Assembly: GCA_951406725.2 (NCBI GenBank)
Contig: OX597815.1
Coordinates: 1,612,001 to 1,676,000, forward strand
Origin: Octopus vulgaris
Taxonomy: Eukaryota
DNA: 64,000 nt
Direction: 5' to 3'
In this document: piece after piece, positions 25,580-38,083 of the stretch
Layout of the letters: every line of letters starts with the position of its first letter
Numbering within the stretch: position 1 is the stretch's first letter
Program-made: the position numbers and the translations under genes
Notes under the pieces: model-generated
The model's database searches: none
What the model was told of the DNA's origin: nothing
The model's input: only the letters and a program-made list of their open reading frames with translations

Positions 25580-26109
25580 TCAGAATTCTGGATAATCTTT
25601 TATTGGTGCTTTTGTTTATTTATGAACTCGTCAAGACAAAATCAAAATGGTAAAAACAGGTCATTTCATTGTTCATTTTTATGAACAGGATGTTGTTTTT
25701 TGTTTTTTTTTGAAGAGGAAAAATTTGTTTTTGGGGAAAAAGAGAAGCAAAGTGCTTTCAAGGCAATCAGGAAAGAGGAGAAAAAATAACAGTAATAAAA
25801 GATGGGAAGAGGATAGAGAGAGAGAGAGAGGTTTCTTTTCAATTTGGTGTGGTCAGTTCCTTGAAATTTCATTGTTTTTTCTATTTCTTTTCCCATTGTA
25901 TACTTATCAAGATATTTGTAAATAAACACATTTTCTCACAAGGGCTGGTGACCTTTCAGAGGTGTCAGTTTCCTAAAATTTTAGGAAACTGAAAGGTCAC
26001 CAGCCCTTGTGAGAAAATGTGTTTATTTACAAATATCTTGATAAGTATACAATGGAAAAAGAAAAGAAAAAGAATACTTTGAATTGACCACACCAGATTG
26101 AAAAGAACC

Positions 26110-26158
<49 letters not shown>

Positions 26159-26415
26159 CTTTCCCCATCCTTTATTATTATTATTTTTTCTCCTCTTTCC
26201 TGATTGTCTTGAAAACTCTCTATCTGTTCCCCCTCCCCCACTTTGCCCCTCTCTCTCCAAAAAAATTAAAATATTCTCCTTTTCTGAACAAAACAAAAAA
26301 ACCCATCTGATTCATATAAATGAACAATCAGACATTCTGTTTTTACCATTTTGATTTTGTCTTGACGCGTTTGGTAAACAAATAAAAGCGCTAATAAAGA
26401 ATTATCCAACATCTG
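25580..26415. repeat. ~830-bp fold-back palindrome, probably Penelope-derived
   Basis: Centre CAGTTTCCTAAAA|TTTTAGGAAACTG at 25978/25979. Arms pair outward, e.g. CGTCAAGACAAAATCAAAATGGTAAAAACAG with its reverse complement at ~26338-26368. A GAAACAGCTGTAAG half-motif lies on the minus strand at ~25550-25563. Confidence 0.85.
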
Positions 26416-27313
26416 TACACCACTTCAAACACTCTGTACATATTATACATATATATATATATATAACCGTATTATCTAATGTCTAATGAGCGTGATCGTT
26501 ACCAACGTCACCTTACTGGCACCTGTGCCAGTGGCATGTGTAAAAAGATTCGAGTGAGGTCGTTGCCAGTACCATCTGATTGGCCCTCGTGGTGGTGGCA
26601 CGTAAAAGCACCCATTACACTCACGGAGTGGTTGGCATTAGGAAGGGCATCCAGCTGTAGAAACTCTGCCAAATCAAGATTGGAGCCTGGTGCAGCCATC
26701 TGGTTTGCCAGTCCTCAGTCAAAATCGTCCAACCCGTGCTAGCATGGAAAGTGGATGTTAAACAATGATGATGATGTACATAGGTGCAGCCATAGCTGTG
26801 TGGTTAAAGACTTTGCTTCACAACCACATGGCTTTGGGTTCAATCCTATTGCATGGTACCTTTGGTTAGTATCTTCTGCTATAACCTCTGATTGACCAAT
26901 GCCTCATGAATGAAATCGCATGTGTATATTTGGTTTTTTTGTTTATGCCATTTGGGCAGAGGTAACATTAGTTCAAATCATACAACTCTGCTTTTCTACA
27001 GATGAAGATTTTATTTATCCTTTATTTGTAAACCAGTAAAAGCTAGTGTTAGGGTTAGTGTGTCTCATTGTAGGATGCTGCTTCAGAAAGTCTTGTCTAA
27101 GGCAGCCAGTATGGAAAGATGATAGTGATGTGCTATACTTCCTTGTTGAAGCTGTAGGGTGTGATTTGAGGATGCTGTTGCTACTAATGGCTTCCTCGTT
27201 AATGTCTAGAGTTGTTTGGTGGCATTTCTTTCAGTTAAACTTTTGTTTGTGTTATTTATCATTAATGTGTTGTTATTGTGACTTATTTTGTTATTTTATC
27301 ATTTCTTTTCCAG

Positions 27314-30300
27314 AGTTTCAAAAGTGCCGCATTCTGAGACTGCGGTTTCAAAGGCGCCACCAGCACCGAACCAAACTGCAACCAGCAAAGTGACAACGGC
27401 TAACTCCAAAGCTGTTGGCAGTACCCCTCCGGCTAGCAATACCCAGAAAGCATATGCTCTTTATGTTGGGGGCCAGTTGAAGTACATTCTTCCATACAAT
27501 GGTCTTTTAGCAGCCACCAATCCCAACCAACCCGAAGGTGAGATGAAAAAGTTGATTTGTCGAGGAGTGAATGGCAAAACAGAAATAGCTCTGGCAAAAC
27601 CGACAATTGTGTGTGATAACGAAAAGAAGAAGATTGTGTTTGTTGTGCAGAAAAAGTCCCCTGACTCACCGAACCAAATTGTCACTACGAAAACAACAAC
27701 AACAACTGAAACTAAAGCCACCACAAAATCTTCGAATCTTCTTACGTACAATTCTTTTCTAAACCATGGCATCTCGGACAACATGTTGAAACTGTTGCTG
27801 CCAAGTTTTGTTCCTTCTGAAGTCTCCACAACAGCAACTACGACCACGACTACAACAAAGTCAACCACCACACCAATACTTCCAGCTCCCACTGTTGGTT
27901 CCAAGGTAACCTCAGCCAAAAGCCAGTCTGATATGAATGGTTCCCAAACTGGACCAGCTTCAACAGACAGACCAAAGGATGTTCCTGTAACCACTTGTGT
28001 GAATTCTACAGGGAATAATCAGAACGTGCGCACTCCTGGTACTGCACTCACCACAACTACGACATCTACTAAAACACTGACCACTGCCGTAGTAACATCA
28101 ACAACAACACCAGCAGCAGCAACACCACCAACATCAACAGCAGCAACACCGCCAGCACCGGCAGCAGTAGCAATAACTCCAGCAGCAGCAGCAACAGTAG
28201 ATGGAACAGCAGAGGATTCTGGGTCAGTCCACCCTGTGAAACTGTTTTCACGAGATTCTGCCAGAAAACTTTGTCCTCCGACTTCTTCCTCTCTATCATC
28301 GGCGCCTGTTCCAACTATTTTGGATGCCAGTGAAGTACAGAATAGTTCTGGCAAATCTCTGTTGAGATTTTCTTCTGTCTTGAATGAAAACAAACACAAA
28401 ACACAGTCCCATAGCAAACAAACAAACGAAACGGCAGCAGCAGCAGCAGAGAGGACGAACCTAGCACCAACAGAGAGTCATCCTGATAACATTGTTCACC
28501 AGGACAAAACTGAGAATAGTGGGAAAGCCATCGGTAATAGTGACACAAATTTTGTTAAAAATCTCTCACAGCAATCTGAATCTGTAATGGAAGAATGCCA
28601 TTCCGATGGTAAAGAAGTATCGCAAGAAAATGCTGATGACGCTGATGACGATGGCATGTTTGGATTGAAGATCTCTTCTGTTTTCTCTTTGGCTGAAGAA
28701 CAACTGCGATCCAGTGAGGATGATGTTACAGCTTCACAACTTGGAGAAAATTCTGAATTTGTTAAATCTTCTTCAGATTCCGGTTTCTTCCATGTAGAAC
28801 AACCTCAAATAGATGGCTTTGCTGAAAATGACAACCTCCCAAATGAATCTAAATTCCAAAGAGTTTTAATCAATTCTCCGCAGTCAACGAGTTCCTTGCT
28901 AAGTCCACGGACCGTTGTCGTCAGCATGAACAACGAGGCGTTCACCTCTCCTGTGCAGCTGACAAATGCAAACGAGGAAGTCAGTGTGGACATCAGCATA
29001 GATTCGGCCAGTCACACGAAACACCCGAGCACTGACCATGAGAAAACTCTAACAACAAAATCACCACCAAATGTCGAACAAGATTTGGATAACAACTTCA
29101 ACATGACCGATTCTCAGCTGAACAATTCGCAGAAAGAAAATGCTTCACCAAAGAATTCTAGCAGTTCTGATAAAAGTGAACAGGATCCGAAGTACATTTC
29201 TGTTGACATACGACGGCGTAATGGTCAGACAAAGGTAACAGCTGTCACTAATCCTAATCTGAAGAAAGAGTCTGCTAAATCGATTGCCAGCACCTTGGAA
29301 AGTGTGTCTTCAGTGACTTCTTTAGGTTCTGTCATACCTCAAGGAAATAGTTCCACTCGTCTTGCAGATGAGCTGCAGTGTGCTGCCCATTCGCTACCAA
29401 TGGGTAAATATGTTTTCATTCCATTGTCTGATAAAACAGTGGCCATTCCTTCACAAGGTGGCAAAGCCAGCAGATCTGCCTATATTTTTGAAAAGAGTTT
29501 CAACCAGAATTCTATGCAAGTTAAAATGCCAAAATCTTTTATTGTAAATACTAAGGATGGTCCACCTCCAACAGTCGTATCAAATACTAATAATGGATCC
29601 CAAATAGTTTTCCAAACTAACAATGCTTCTAAGTCTTTGAATGATGTTATTACTACTCCATCTGCAGATCCACTTCCAAGCTCTACAAAAGAAACGGTAC
29701 CAACTCTGGAAGCCCCACCTATAATTACTGGTAAAAGAATACGTAGACCAAAAAAACATACTGGTTTTGAAGAAGATATTGATTTCATTCCTCCAGTTAG
29801 GAAATATCGGAAGAAATCCAAATCTGTTCTGAAAGAGAAAAAAAGCGGAATGGTTGCCAGTGATAATCCGAAGAAGATGAAAAGTCATGTTCCAACTCCC
29901 GAGAATAACAATTGTCTGTATTATATGAAGGAAGGGAGTAATAAAATCCAACTTTTTGATTCTAAATCGGAATTAGCTACCGTATTACGAGCGACCGGTA
30001 CAGCTCTTGAAATTTCCAAAGTCGATCCAGTAAATGGCCATCGCTTGTTACCATCTTGCTCAACACCTGTTGTACCAAATGTAACTATGGTAACACCGAA
30101 AGTGGCATCTTCTGTTGGAACTGTAGTTGATCAATCATATCAGAGTTGTAATTCTTCAGGTCTGCGAATTGATAATGTTCTTTCTCTGCAACCTAATACG
30201 GTTCATATCAAATCTGAACCCATAACTTCTGGTTATGGCGATGAACCAGTGAAACATCCTCCTCATGTATCCATCCTTCCATTAAACCCTCTCATCACTT

Positions 30301-30959
30301 TACCTCCTACTAGTGTACCAGATTCCTTAAATCTTGTTCAGAATATCAAAAAGGAACCGGTAAAATATGGTTACGAAGGGGACATCAATCCTGATTCATC
30401 TGACTCGTTATTAGCTCCCATCAACCAACAGACTTCCCTGTCATCAATCAAAGAAGAGAAATTTGGGCTTTGCCCAGAGAATGTTGCTTTTAAAAACTTA
30501 GCCTCCACACGAAAAGACGTTGGTCATTTAAGTGATTCTTCTAAATTATTCAAGATGGACAAGTTTACCTTGTCAGGGTCTGGTAAAAAATTGAACTGTA
30601 AAAAGAAAACAGTTGGTAAAAAGGCAGCTGTCAAGATAACAGGTTTTCCTTTAGAAACTCAAACATCATCCTCATCGTCTATGACTGACGACCTTTCATA
30701 CAGCACTCCATCTCCTTCCAACCTTTCTCCTCTGCTCCCTGCCTCCCCCTCCACCTCCTCATCTTCTTGTTATTCTTCACATGTCAGCTCTTCAAAACAC
30801 AACAGTCTAGAACTTCCAAGTGCCTCCACGTCATCGGTGACTCTCTCTGGGGAGACACCCCAGGAGGAACGGATTCGCCGCTTGAGGGAGATTCTGCGGG
30901 AGAAAGAACACAGCCTTGAGTTGATTCGACAGAATCTTGCTGTATCATCTTCTCTTTAA
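27314..30959 (+). CDS. Large terminal coding exon (3646 nt); Ser/Thr-rich disordered region ending in an LRIF1-like coiled coil
   Basis: 1223-codon ORF. Acceptor TTTCTTTTCCAG ends at 27313, and phase 2 matches exon 3 (GC+A=Ala). Stop TAA at 30957-30959. C-terminus GETPQEERIRRLREILREKEHSLELIRQNL. Confidence 0.9.
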
Positions 30960-31222
30960 TTACAGGCAACAGCACCGTCGTTGTTACCGTTACTACTACT
31001 ACTATTACTACTGCTACAGCTACTATTACTACAATCATACACCATTCCTGCTTCAGAACAATCTTTCGTCTCTCATCACATCTATCATGTGTCAACATTC
31101 ATCATTCAATTGTTACTGTATATATAAAACCTCATTGGTTCCATACCATTTTCTCATTGTTCTCAACAATAGCCTGACATTCAGTTTCTGTGATTCTATC
31201 TTGAAGCTTCTATTTGAGACAG

Positions 31223-31263
<41 letters not shown>

Positions 31264-31392
31264 CACACTCATAAACACAAATCCAAGCAAACAAACAGAA
31301 CTGTGTTTCCTGCTCAAATAATTTGCAATAATGGTATGTGTATGGTTTGAAGTGATAGCAAGAAAGGGACATTTTACTCATATGTAGTGACT

Positions 31393-31428
<36 letters not shown>

Positions 31429-33225
31429 CATGTTTCCCTGGGTATAATGCATCCTCATTAAGATTCCTTAAAAAGAAAAAGAAACCCAACCAACTAAGCA
31501 ATCAGCCTGTGTGTTAATGGATCAATGTCATTCTAAATTTATGTCTGGGTCCTCTAAAGTCAATATTAACTGACCATTTATAAATATTGACCATATATAA
31601 ATATTTTGTTTCACTGTCTTTTCATACCAGGTCTTGCATTATACACTGAAATGCGTGTTTATGTGTGTAAATACACGCACACACACACATACTGGATTCC
31701 AGTTAATTGGCAAACCCAGAGACAATAACCCCTTGGCCTAATCCACTCCAGCTGTGGCCAACACCCAAGGGTTTAGAACAATCAAGTAACATTTTTATAG
31801 CTGCTTTCCTCCCCCAAAGCAGAGTTGGCTTTGCTGGGTCCTGGGTCCTCTACCAATCTGATTATGTTCTTGTCATGGTTCCCTTTTTGATGCTGTTTTA
31901 TGGCCAGAAGCCCCTCTTTGTCATTGACCCCTTTTATTCACTTCTTATAGCAAGCAGGAATATATGGTGTAACTTGTCAAAAATCCGAGTAAAGCCAATT
32001 ACTCTGGTTGTAAATTGCTGAAGCCTGGCCATTGCCTGCACCATTTGGTGGCGGTTCTCCCTGATATTCTCTGGGTGGGGGTCTATTGATAGCATCTATC
32101 AGAAATAAGAGACAACAGAGCAACTATTTTCCACTCTGACAAGAATAGATATTCACAACCCAAATCCAAACTTGGAACCGATTCTTGCTGCAATGTTATA
32201 CATTCTATAATATTCTACTTACTGCTGCCTCTGGGCCATGAATGCCTGAAATCTTCAAAGATTTTAGTAATTCTCTTCAACTGGTATAAATAACAACATA
32301 ATTAACTAATGACCCAATTAACCAGAATCTCCAATGTGTGTGTGTGTGTGTGCAAACAAAAATTCTCATAATTACAATGTTTTGCATATGTCTGCAGTAT
32401 TTTCTGTGGTTTTTTTTGTTCATATATATTTATATACATGTATATATCTATAAATACAGACATACGTGTGTGTGTGCTTGTGTATCTAAGCAAAGGCGTG
32501 GCTGTGTGGTAAGAAGTTTGCTTCCCAAACACGTGTCTTTGTGTCTGTATTCGTCCCCCCCCACCGCTTGACAACCAGTGTTGGTGTGTTTACATCCCCA
32601 TAACTTAGCAGTTCAGCAAAAGATACCAATGAAATAAGTACCAGGCTTAAAAAACATCAAGTGCTGGAGTTGATTCTTTCAACTAAAATTCATCATTACG
32701 GTGCCCCAGCATGACCACAGTCTAATGACTGAAACGAGTAAATGTAAAAAAGTAAAGTATGTCTATGTACAGGTGTGTGTGTGTTTGTGTGTATTCGTTT
32801 GTTTTACATCTGTATTTCCATGCTAGCATGGGTTAGGTGAATCTGTTATCAAGGTAATGTTTTACAAGCATGCTTTCCCTGTCACTAACCCTTGCCACCT
32901 GCTTTTCAAGTCGGGAATCAGAAGAGCCCTTCTTGACAGGAGAAAGAATGGCAACTGTGTCACCACTTTGACTTTGTTAGTAACTTTGGGAGGATATGTA
33001 AACACCCGCACACGTGTGGCTGTGCTCATATGTATGTGTGTGTGTGTATATATATATATATATAGTCATACATGATAGTCTTCTCTCAGCTTCAGTCTAT
33101 CAAATGCATCTTCTGTCATTTCATTGCTATAAAAGATATGCCCAAGGTGCCATGCAGTGGGACTGAACCAAAAACCATGTGGTTGTGAAGTGAACTCCTT
33201 AACCACACAGCCATGCTTGCACTTA

Positions 33226-33590
33226 TTAAATATATATATATATGTATGTATATATATATGTATGTATGTATATGTATATATGTATGTATATATATATGTA
33301 TATGTATATATATATGTATATGTATGTATGTATGTATATATATGTATGTATGTATATGTATGTATATATGTATATGTATGTAAGTATATGTATGTATGTA
33401 TATGTATGTAAGTATATGTATGTATGTATGTATATGTATGTATGTATATGTATATATGTATATATATATGTGAGTATATATATATATGTGAGTATATATA
33501 TATATGTGAGTATATATATATATGTGTGTGTGTGTATATATATATATGTATATGTTTGTATATATATGTCTATATATATATTATATGTAT
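33226..33590. repeat. Compound (TA)/(TATG) microsatellite
   Basis: Direct reading. Similar tracts at 1216-1285, 56770-57120, 57915-58092 and 61830-62110. Confidence 0.95.
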
Positions 33591-34305
33591 AAACAAAACA
33601 CACTATGTTTGTGCAAGCGATGATGTTATTACTGGATTTGCTTTTAACTCCAGAATTATTCTATCCACCCACGCAGAGCAGACGGGTGTATACGAACCTT
33701 GGCAATGCCATTTCAGTCTGTCTCAGTGAACAGTGAGATATTGAATTGACCGAGTTTGCTCAAAGACTAACTAGGTAGTCGGTGCTATGAGTTTATGTGA
33801 ATCAGACAAATAGGAAGAATGAATTAGTAACCTGTTTCTTTGTTGCAGTCCTCCGTACCCACCCTCAACCCTTTGCTGTAGTCGTAGGAAGGACATCTCG
33901 AAGTCTGACTGCTGTTGATTTCTTTTGGCAGAGACAGACAGACAGACAGAAAAGAATCTATCGACTCCGCCACATGACTAATACTTTATCTATTGACTCC
34001 AACATGATGACCTTGGTTGAATTTGAACTCAGCGCATGGAGAACTGGAATGATTACCACAAAGTAATCTAATGACTGCCATCATATACCTGTGTGTGTGT
34101 GTGTGTGTGTGTCTTTATATATTTTTGTGTGTTTGAGTGATGTGTCTATACACAGGTGTACCTGTATAGATTCATATATGAATAGACACACACACACACA
34201 CTCGTAGCCATCAACTCTTACCAAGCAAAGTAATTCTTCTGCATGTGTTTCCATGCAAAATTGGAAATAAGGGACATGTCATATTCAAGGGTTGGACGGT
34301 TCGAT

Positions 34306-34654
34306 TAGGGCTGGTAAGCTGAGGGGCTGCACCAGACTCTATTCTAGGGCTGGTAAGCTGAGGGGCTGCATCAGACTCTAGTCTAGGGCTGGTCAGCTGA
34401 GGGGCTGCATCAGACTCTAGTCTAGGGCTGGTCAGCTGAGGGGCTACACCAGACTCTAGTCTAGGGCTGGTCAGCTGAGGGGCTGCATCAGACTCTAGTC
34501 TAGGGCTGGTCAGCTGAGGGGCTACACCAGACTCTAGTCTAGGGCTGGTCAGCTGAGGGGCTACACCAGACTCTAGTCTAGGGCTGGTCAGCTGAGGGGC
34601 TACACCAGACTCTAGTCTAGGGCTGGTCAGCTGAGGAGCTGCATCAGACTCCAG
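34306..34654. repeat. 39-bp minisatellite x9 (TAGGGCTGGTCAGCTGAGGGGCTRCAYCAGACTCTAGTC) derived from an RTE-tailed SINE
   Basis: Exact 39-bp period from 34306 to 34618. An inverted copy of the unit follows at ~34678-34715. Confidence 0.95.
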
Positions 34655-35307
34655 CTGTAGAAACCATGCTTAATCAGACTGGAGTCTGGTGCAGCCCCTC
34701 AGCTGACCAGCCCTGGTCAAACCGTCCAGCCCATGCCAGCATGGACAACGGATGTTAAATGATGATGATGGCACTTGTCTACAGCTGTCACACAGTACCA
34801 TGGCAAAGAGGCACAGGCACATACATACACACATGATGGGGCTTCTTACATTTTTCAGCTATCAGATATTGTCACCTATGCAATGGGACTGAACCCAAAA
34901 CCCAGCAGTTAGGAAGCAAGCTTCTTAACCACACAGTCATGTGTGTGTGTGTGTGTGTCTGGTATGTGTATGTAGTATTATATACAAGTGTTATGTGTTT
35001 ATACATGACCTAATAATTATGGACAATACTGTGTACATATGTATGTCTACCTTGTGATTGTATGGAAGAGTGTGTGTGTTTGTAATTTTCTACAATGAGA
35101 CGACATTGCTATATCAACTTTCCATTAAATGCATTTATGAAATAATAAAGACCCTCAATCATTCTCTTCTATGTCCATATCCAGAAATGTGTGTAATTTC
35201 TGTTCTTTTTTTTTTCATTTTTATTTTTTCTTCATTCCAATGTTGTGGTGAATGGTTTCTTTTAACCAGGAAGTTAGTCTGAAGATGTAGCTGACGTCTG
35301 GCAGCTG

Positions 35308-35725
35308 ACTTGGCAGACACCCATAAAATTATTAACCATCTTACCAACAATAACTCTGAGCACCTTTTCAACCTCCACCTGTCTAACACCCGTGGACATG
35401 TTTACAAAGTCAGAAAACAGCACAGTTCCCATGACTTTAGGAAACATTTTTTCATGCTAAGAGTTGCTGAAGCATGGAACAAACTGCCGGCATCAGTTGT
35501 TAGTTATCGGAGCACTGCATCCTTCAAAATTTCCATGCTTCCTGAGATTCGCCAACACTACACCTGATTTTCTCCCCTCCATACACACACAAGCATATAT
35601 CTGACTCATACACTGTTCACTTCCCAGACATTTGTACATTACTACATATGCTTTATACGCACTTTTTGACAAGTTGTGGTGCACCTGAGCACTGTATACA
35701 ATAATTTCATTATTATTATTATTAT
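35308..35725 (+). mobile_element. 5'-truncated CR1/L2-group LINE 3' end with (ATT)n tail
   Basis: ORF 35310..35567: NTRGHVYKVRK...RKHFFMLRVAEAWNKLPASVV...SFK. Confidence 0.8.
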
Positions 35726-35879
35726 TATATACATTATAACCGATGTACAGAATGGGATGATTAATGGAAAATTGAGAAGAGTGGGATGGGTGTCAAAGGA
35801 AGTGGTTCCGAGGATGGGGCAGGATAATTGGTCAGAGGCAAAAGGGATTGGAATATGTCTGCTTCTACTCTTGTATAAT

Positions 35880-36110
35880 TTACAGCACTAGTGAAAGCAA
35901 ATACTCACAAGGTGGACAGAAAAATCACTTGAAGGACACACTCGGAGCTTCACTGAAGGACTTTGAGATCAACCCCCAGCACCTGGGAAATGCAAACACA
36001 AGACTATCCCGCCTGGTGAAGCTGCACCAACAGAGCTATCACTTCATATGAACCGAACAGGATTCCAGGGACACAAAAAAAAAATCAATGTGAATTACTC
36101 AAGTGCAGAG
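35880..36110 (+). mobile_element. RTE (BovB-like) LINE C-terminal remnant
   Basis: SQGGQKNHLKDTLGASLKDFEI resembles the RTE motif GGQKKR.KD.LK.SLK...I. Confidence 0.55.
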
Positions 36111-37399
36111 CCTCTTCCACAAGTCCCACATTTAGTGATCAATACTTCATCATCATCATTGTTTAACGTCCGCTTTCCATGCTAGCATGGGTTGGACGAT
36201 TGACTGAGGGCTGGCGAACCAGATGGCTGCACCAGGTTTCAATCTTGATCTGGCAGAGTTTCTACAGCTGGATACCATTCCGAGAGTGTAGCGGGTGCTT
36301 TTATGTGCCATGGGCACGGGGCCATTCAGGCGGTACTGGCAACGACCTCGCTCGAATCTTTTACACATGCCACCGGCACAGGTGCCAGTAAGGCGATGCT
36401 GGTAACGATCACACTCGAATGGTGTCTTTTACATGCCATGCCACTGGCATGGAGGCCAGATAGCAGCTCTGGCAATGATCACGCTCGGATGGTGCTCTTA
36501 GCACCCTATTAGCACGGGGCTCGAGTAAGGTGACACTGGTAACGATCACGCTCGAATGGTGCTTTTTAAGTGCCACTGGCACAGAAGCCGGTTAGCCACT
36601 CTGTCAATGGTCACACTCGTATAGTGCTCTTTGCACCCCACTAGCACGGATGCCAGTCATCGAATTTGATTTTGATTTCACTTGCACCAACAAGTCTTCG
36701 CATACAGAGTTTTAGTGTCCAAAGAAGAAAAAGGTACGCACAAGTGGGCTGGTTACACTCTTGGCATAGGCCATGAGATTATGGTCTCATTTGGCTTGCT
36801 GGCTCTTCTCACGCACGGCATATTTCCAAAAGTCTCGGTCACTTCTTTATACTATTGCTCTTATCCATCAGCTGATGAAACCAGTACAGTCTCCTTTCTT
36901 GCACTCTGGATTCCTCATTTTTTCTCAGCACCATTTTTGTCATACATGCACAGATGATGTTACTCATCTCCCAGAGCATTCTAACTTCATTCCTCTCTCT
37001 GCCCTCTCCATTCATGACCCATTTTTCACTGCTATTCATACAAAATATCATACAATCAGCCCTTCTTTCTAACAGAGAGGCCCTTTGTTATCAACAAAAC
37101 TAATAACTTTGAACTTTCTCCAACCACTTCTTATTCTAGTTATTACACTTTCAGAGCATTCTCCTCCACTGTTAATTTTGTCACCTAGCTAACAGAATCT
37201 ATCTACTACCTCTAAGGATCCCCTTTGGCATTTGAAGAAATCCATTTCCTCTATGTTCTTGCACATCTGCCACACACACACATGGACTACTTTCTCTGTC
37301 AACCTTCTTGTGATTCTTCTACACTTATCTGCCCATAGCTTGCACTGGGTACTCTCTATGAAATATTGTCCAGTACCTTTTCTACTGGATATCAACTAA

Positions 37400-38083
37400 G
37401 GCTTTATTTACATTTGATGGATATTTGTCCTCATCTTTTTTGTTGTTAACACAATCTTTCGGCTGATATACCCTCCAGCCTTCATCAAGTGTCCTGGGGA
37501 AATTTCGAACCTGGGTTCTCATTCCTAAGGTATTTTTAGATGTTATTATTATTATTATTCTATGTTTGACTTTTGCTTTACATTTGTACAAGTTGGCTCC
37601 AAGTCTCACCCGGAGACCTCAAGAGACAAGAAGTTGGAAGTTCATGTTGGTGTTATGCCTAGGGTGCCATATATTTGGTTTTGTACTAGTGAATGTCTAA
37701 AAAAAAACCATACAAAAATTGTTTGTTTTAAAACTTGAGATTACATAGAAAGTATTTTGTGTAGGATATGAGCAGTTCCCATGAGCACTATCTTTTGAAT
37801 TTCTGCCATTTTGGGGTTTCCTGGTATCTGAGCTAGGTAGCAATCAGCCCCTTTTGCTATCATTCCCAGGGTACCTATTATTATTATTATGAGTTCAATT
37901 CCAGGCAGTGACCTGAATAATAATAATAACCTTAAGAAAGAGAACCCAGGTTTGAAATTTCCCCAAGACACCTGATGAAGGCTGGAGGGTATATCAGCTG
38001 AAACGTTATGTTAACAACAAACAAGATGAGGACAAATATCCGTCAAATGTACATAATTCGTCATCACTTAAATATAGAACTGT
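37400..38083. mobile_element. Second tRNA-head/inverted-arm composite, interrupted by an R4/Dong LINE 3' end (37560-37875, minus strand)
   Basis: Arms ~37400-37540 and ~37930-38060 are reverse complements. The insert encodes IGTLGMI...IQKIVLMGTAHILHKIL and is flanked by (ATT)n on both sides. Confidence 0.7.

Noticed and set aside
27288-27313. TTG start of the 1223-aa ORF as a stand-alone gene
   Set aside because: This stretch is the intron polypyrimidine tract and acceptor. The ORF is the terminal exon of a spliced gene.
27433-29951. Antisense ORFs of 64-177 aa overlapping the large exon
   Set aside because: Shadow ORFs of Thr/Ala/Ser-rich coding sequence.
33157-33729. Y/I/M/V/C-rich ORFs (also 57555-58152, 59035-59355, 61797-62132)
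   Set aside because: Translations of (TA)n/(TG)n microsatellites.
34306-34654. CRISPR-like regular array (also 21108-21375 and 51805-52190)
   Set aside because: Units are contiguous tandem copies with no unique spacers, no cas genes are present, and the context is eukaryotic.
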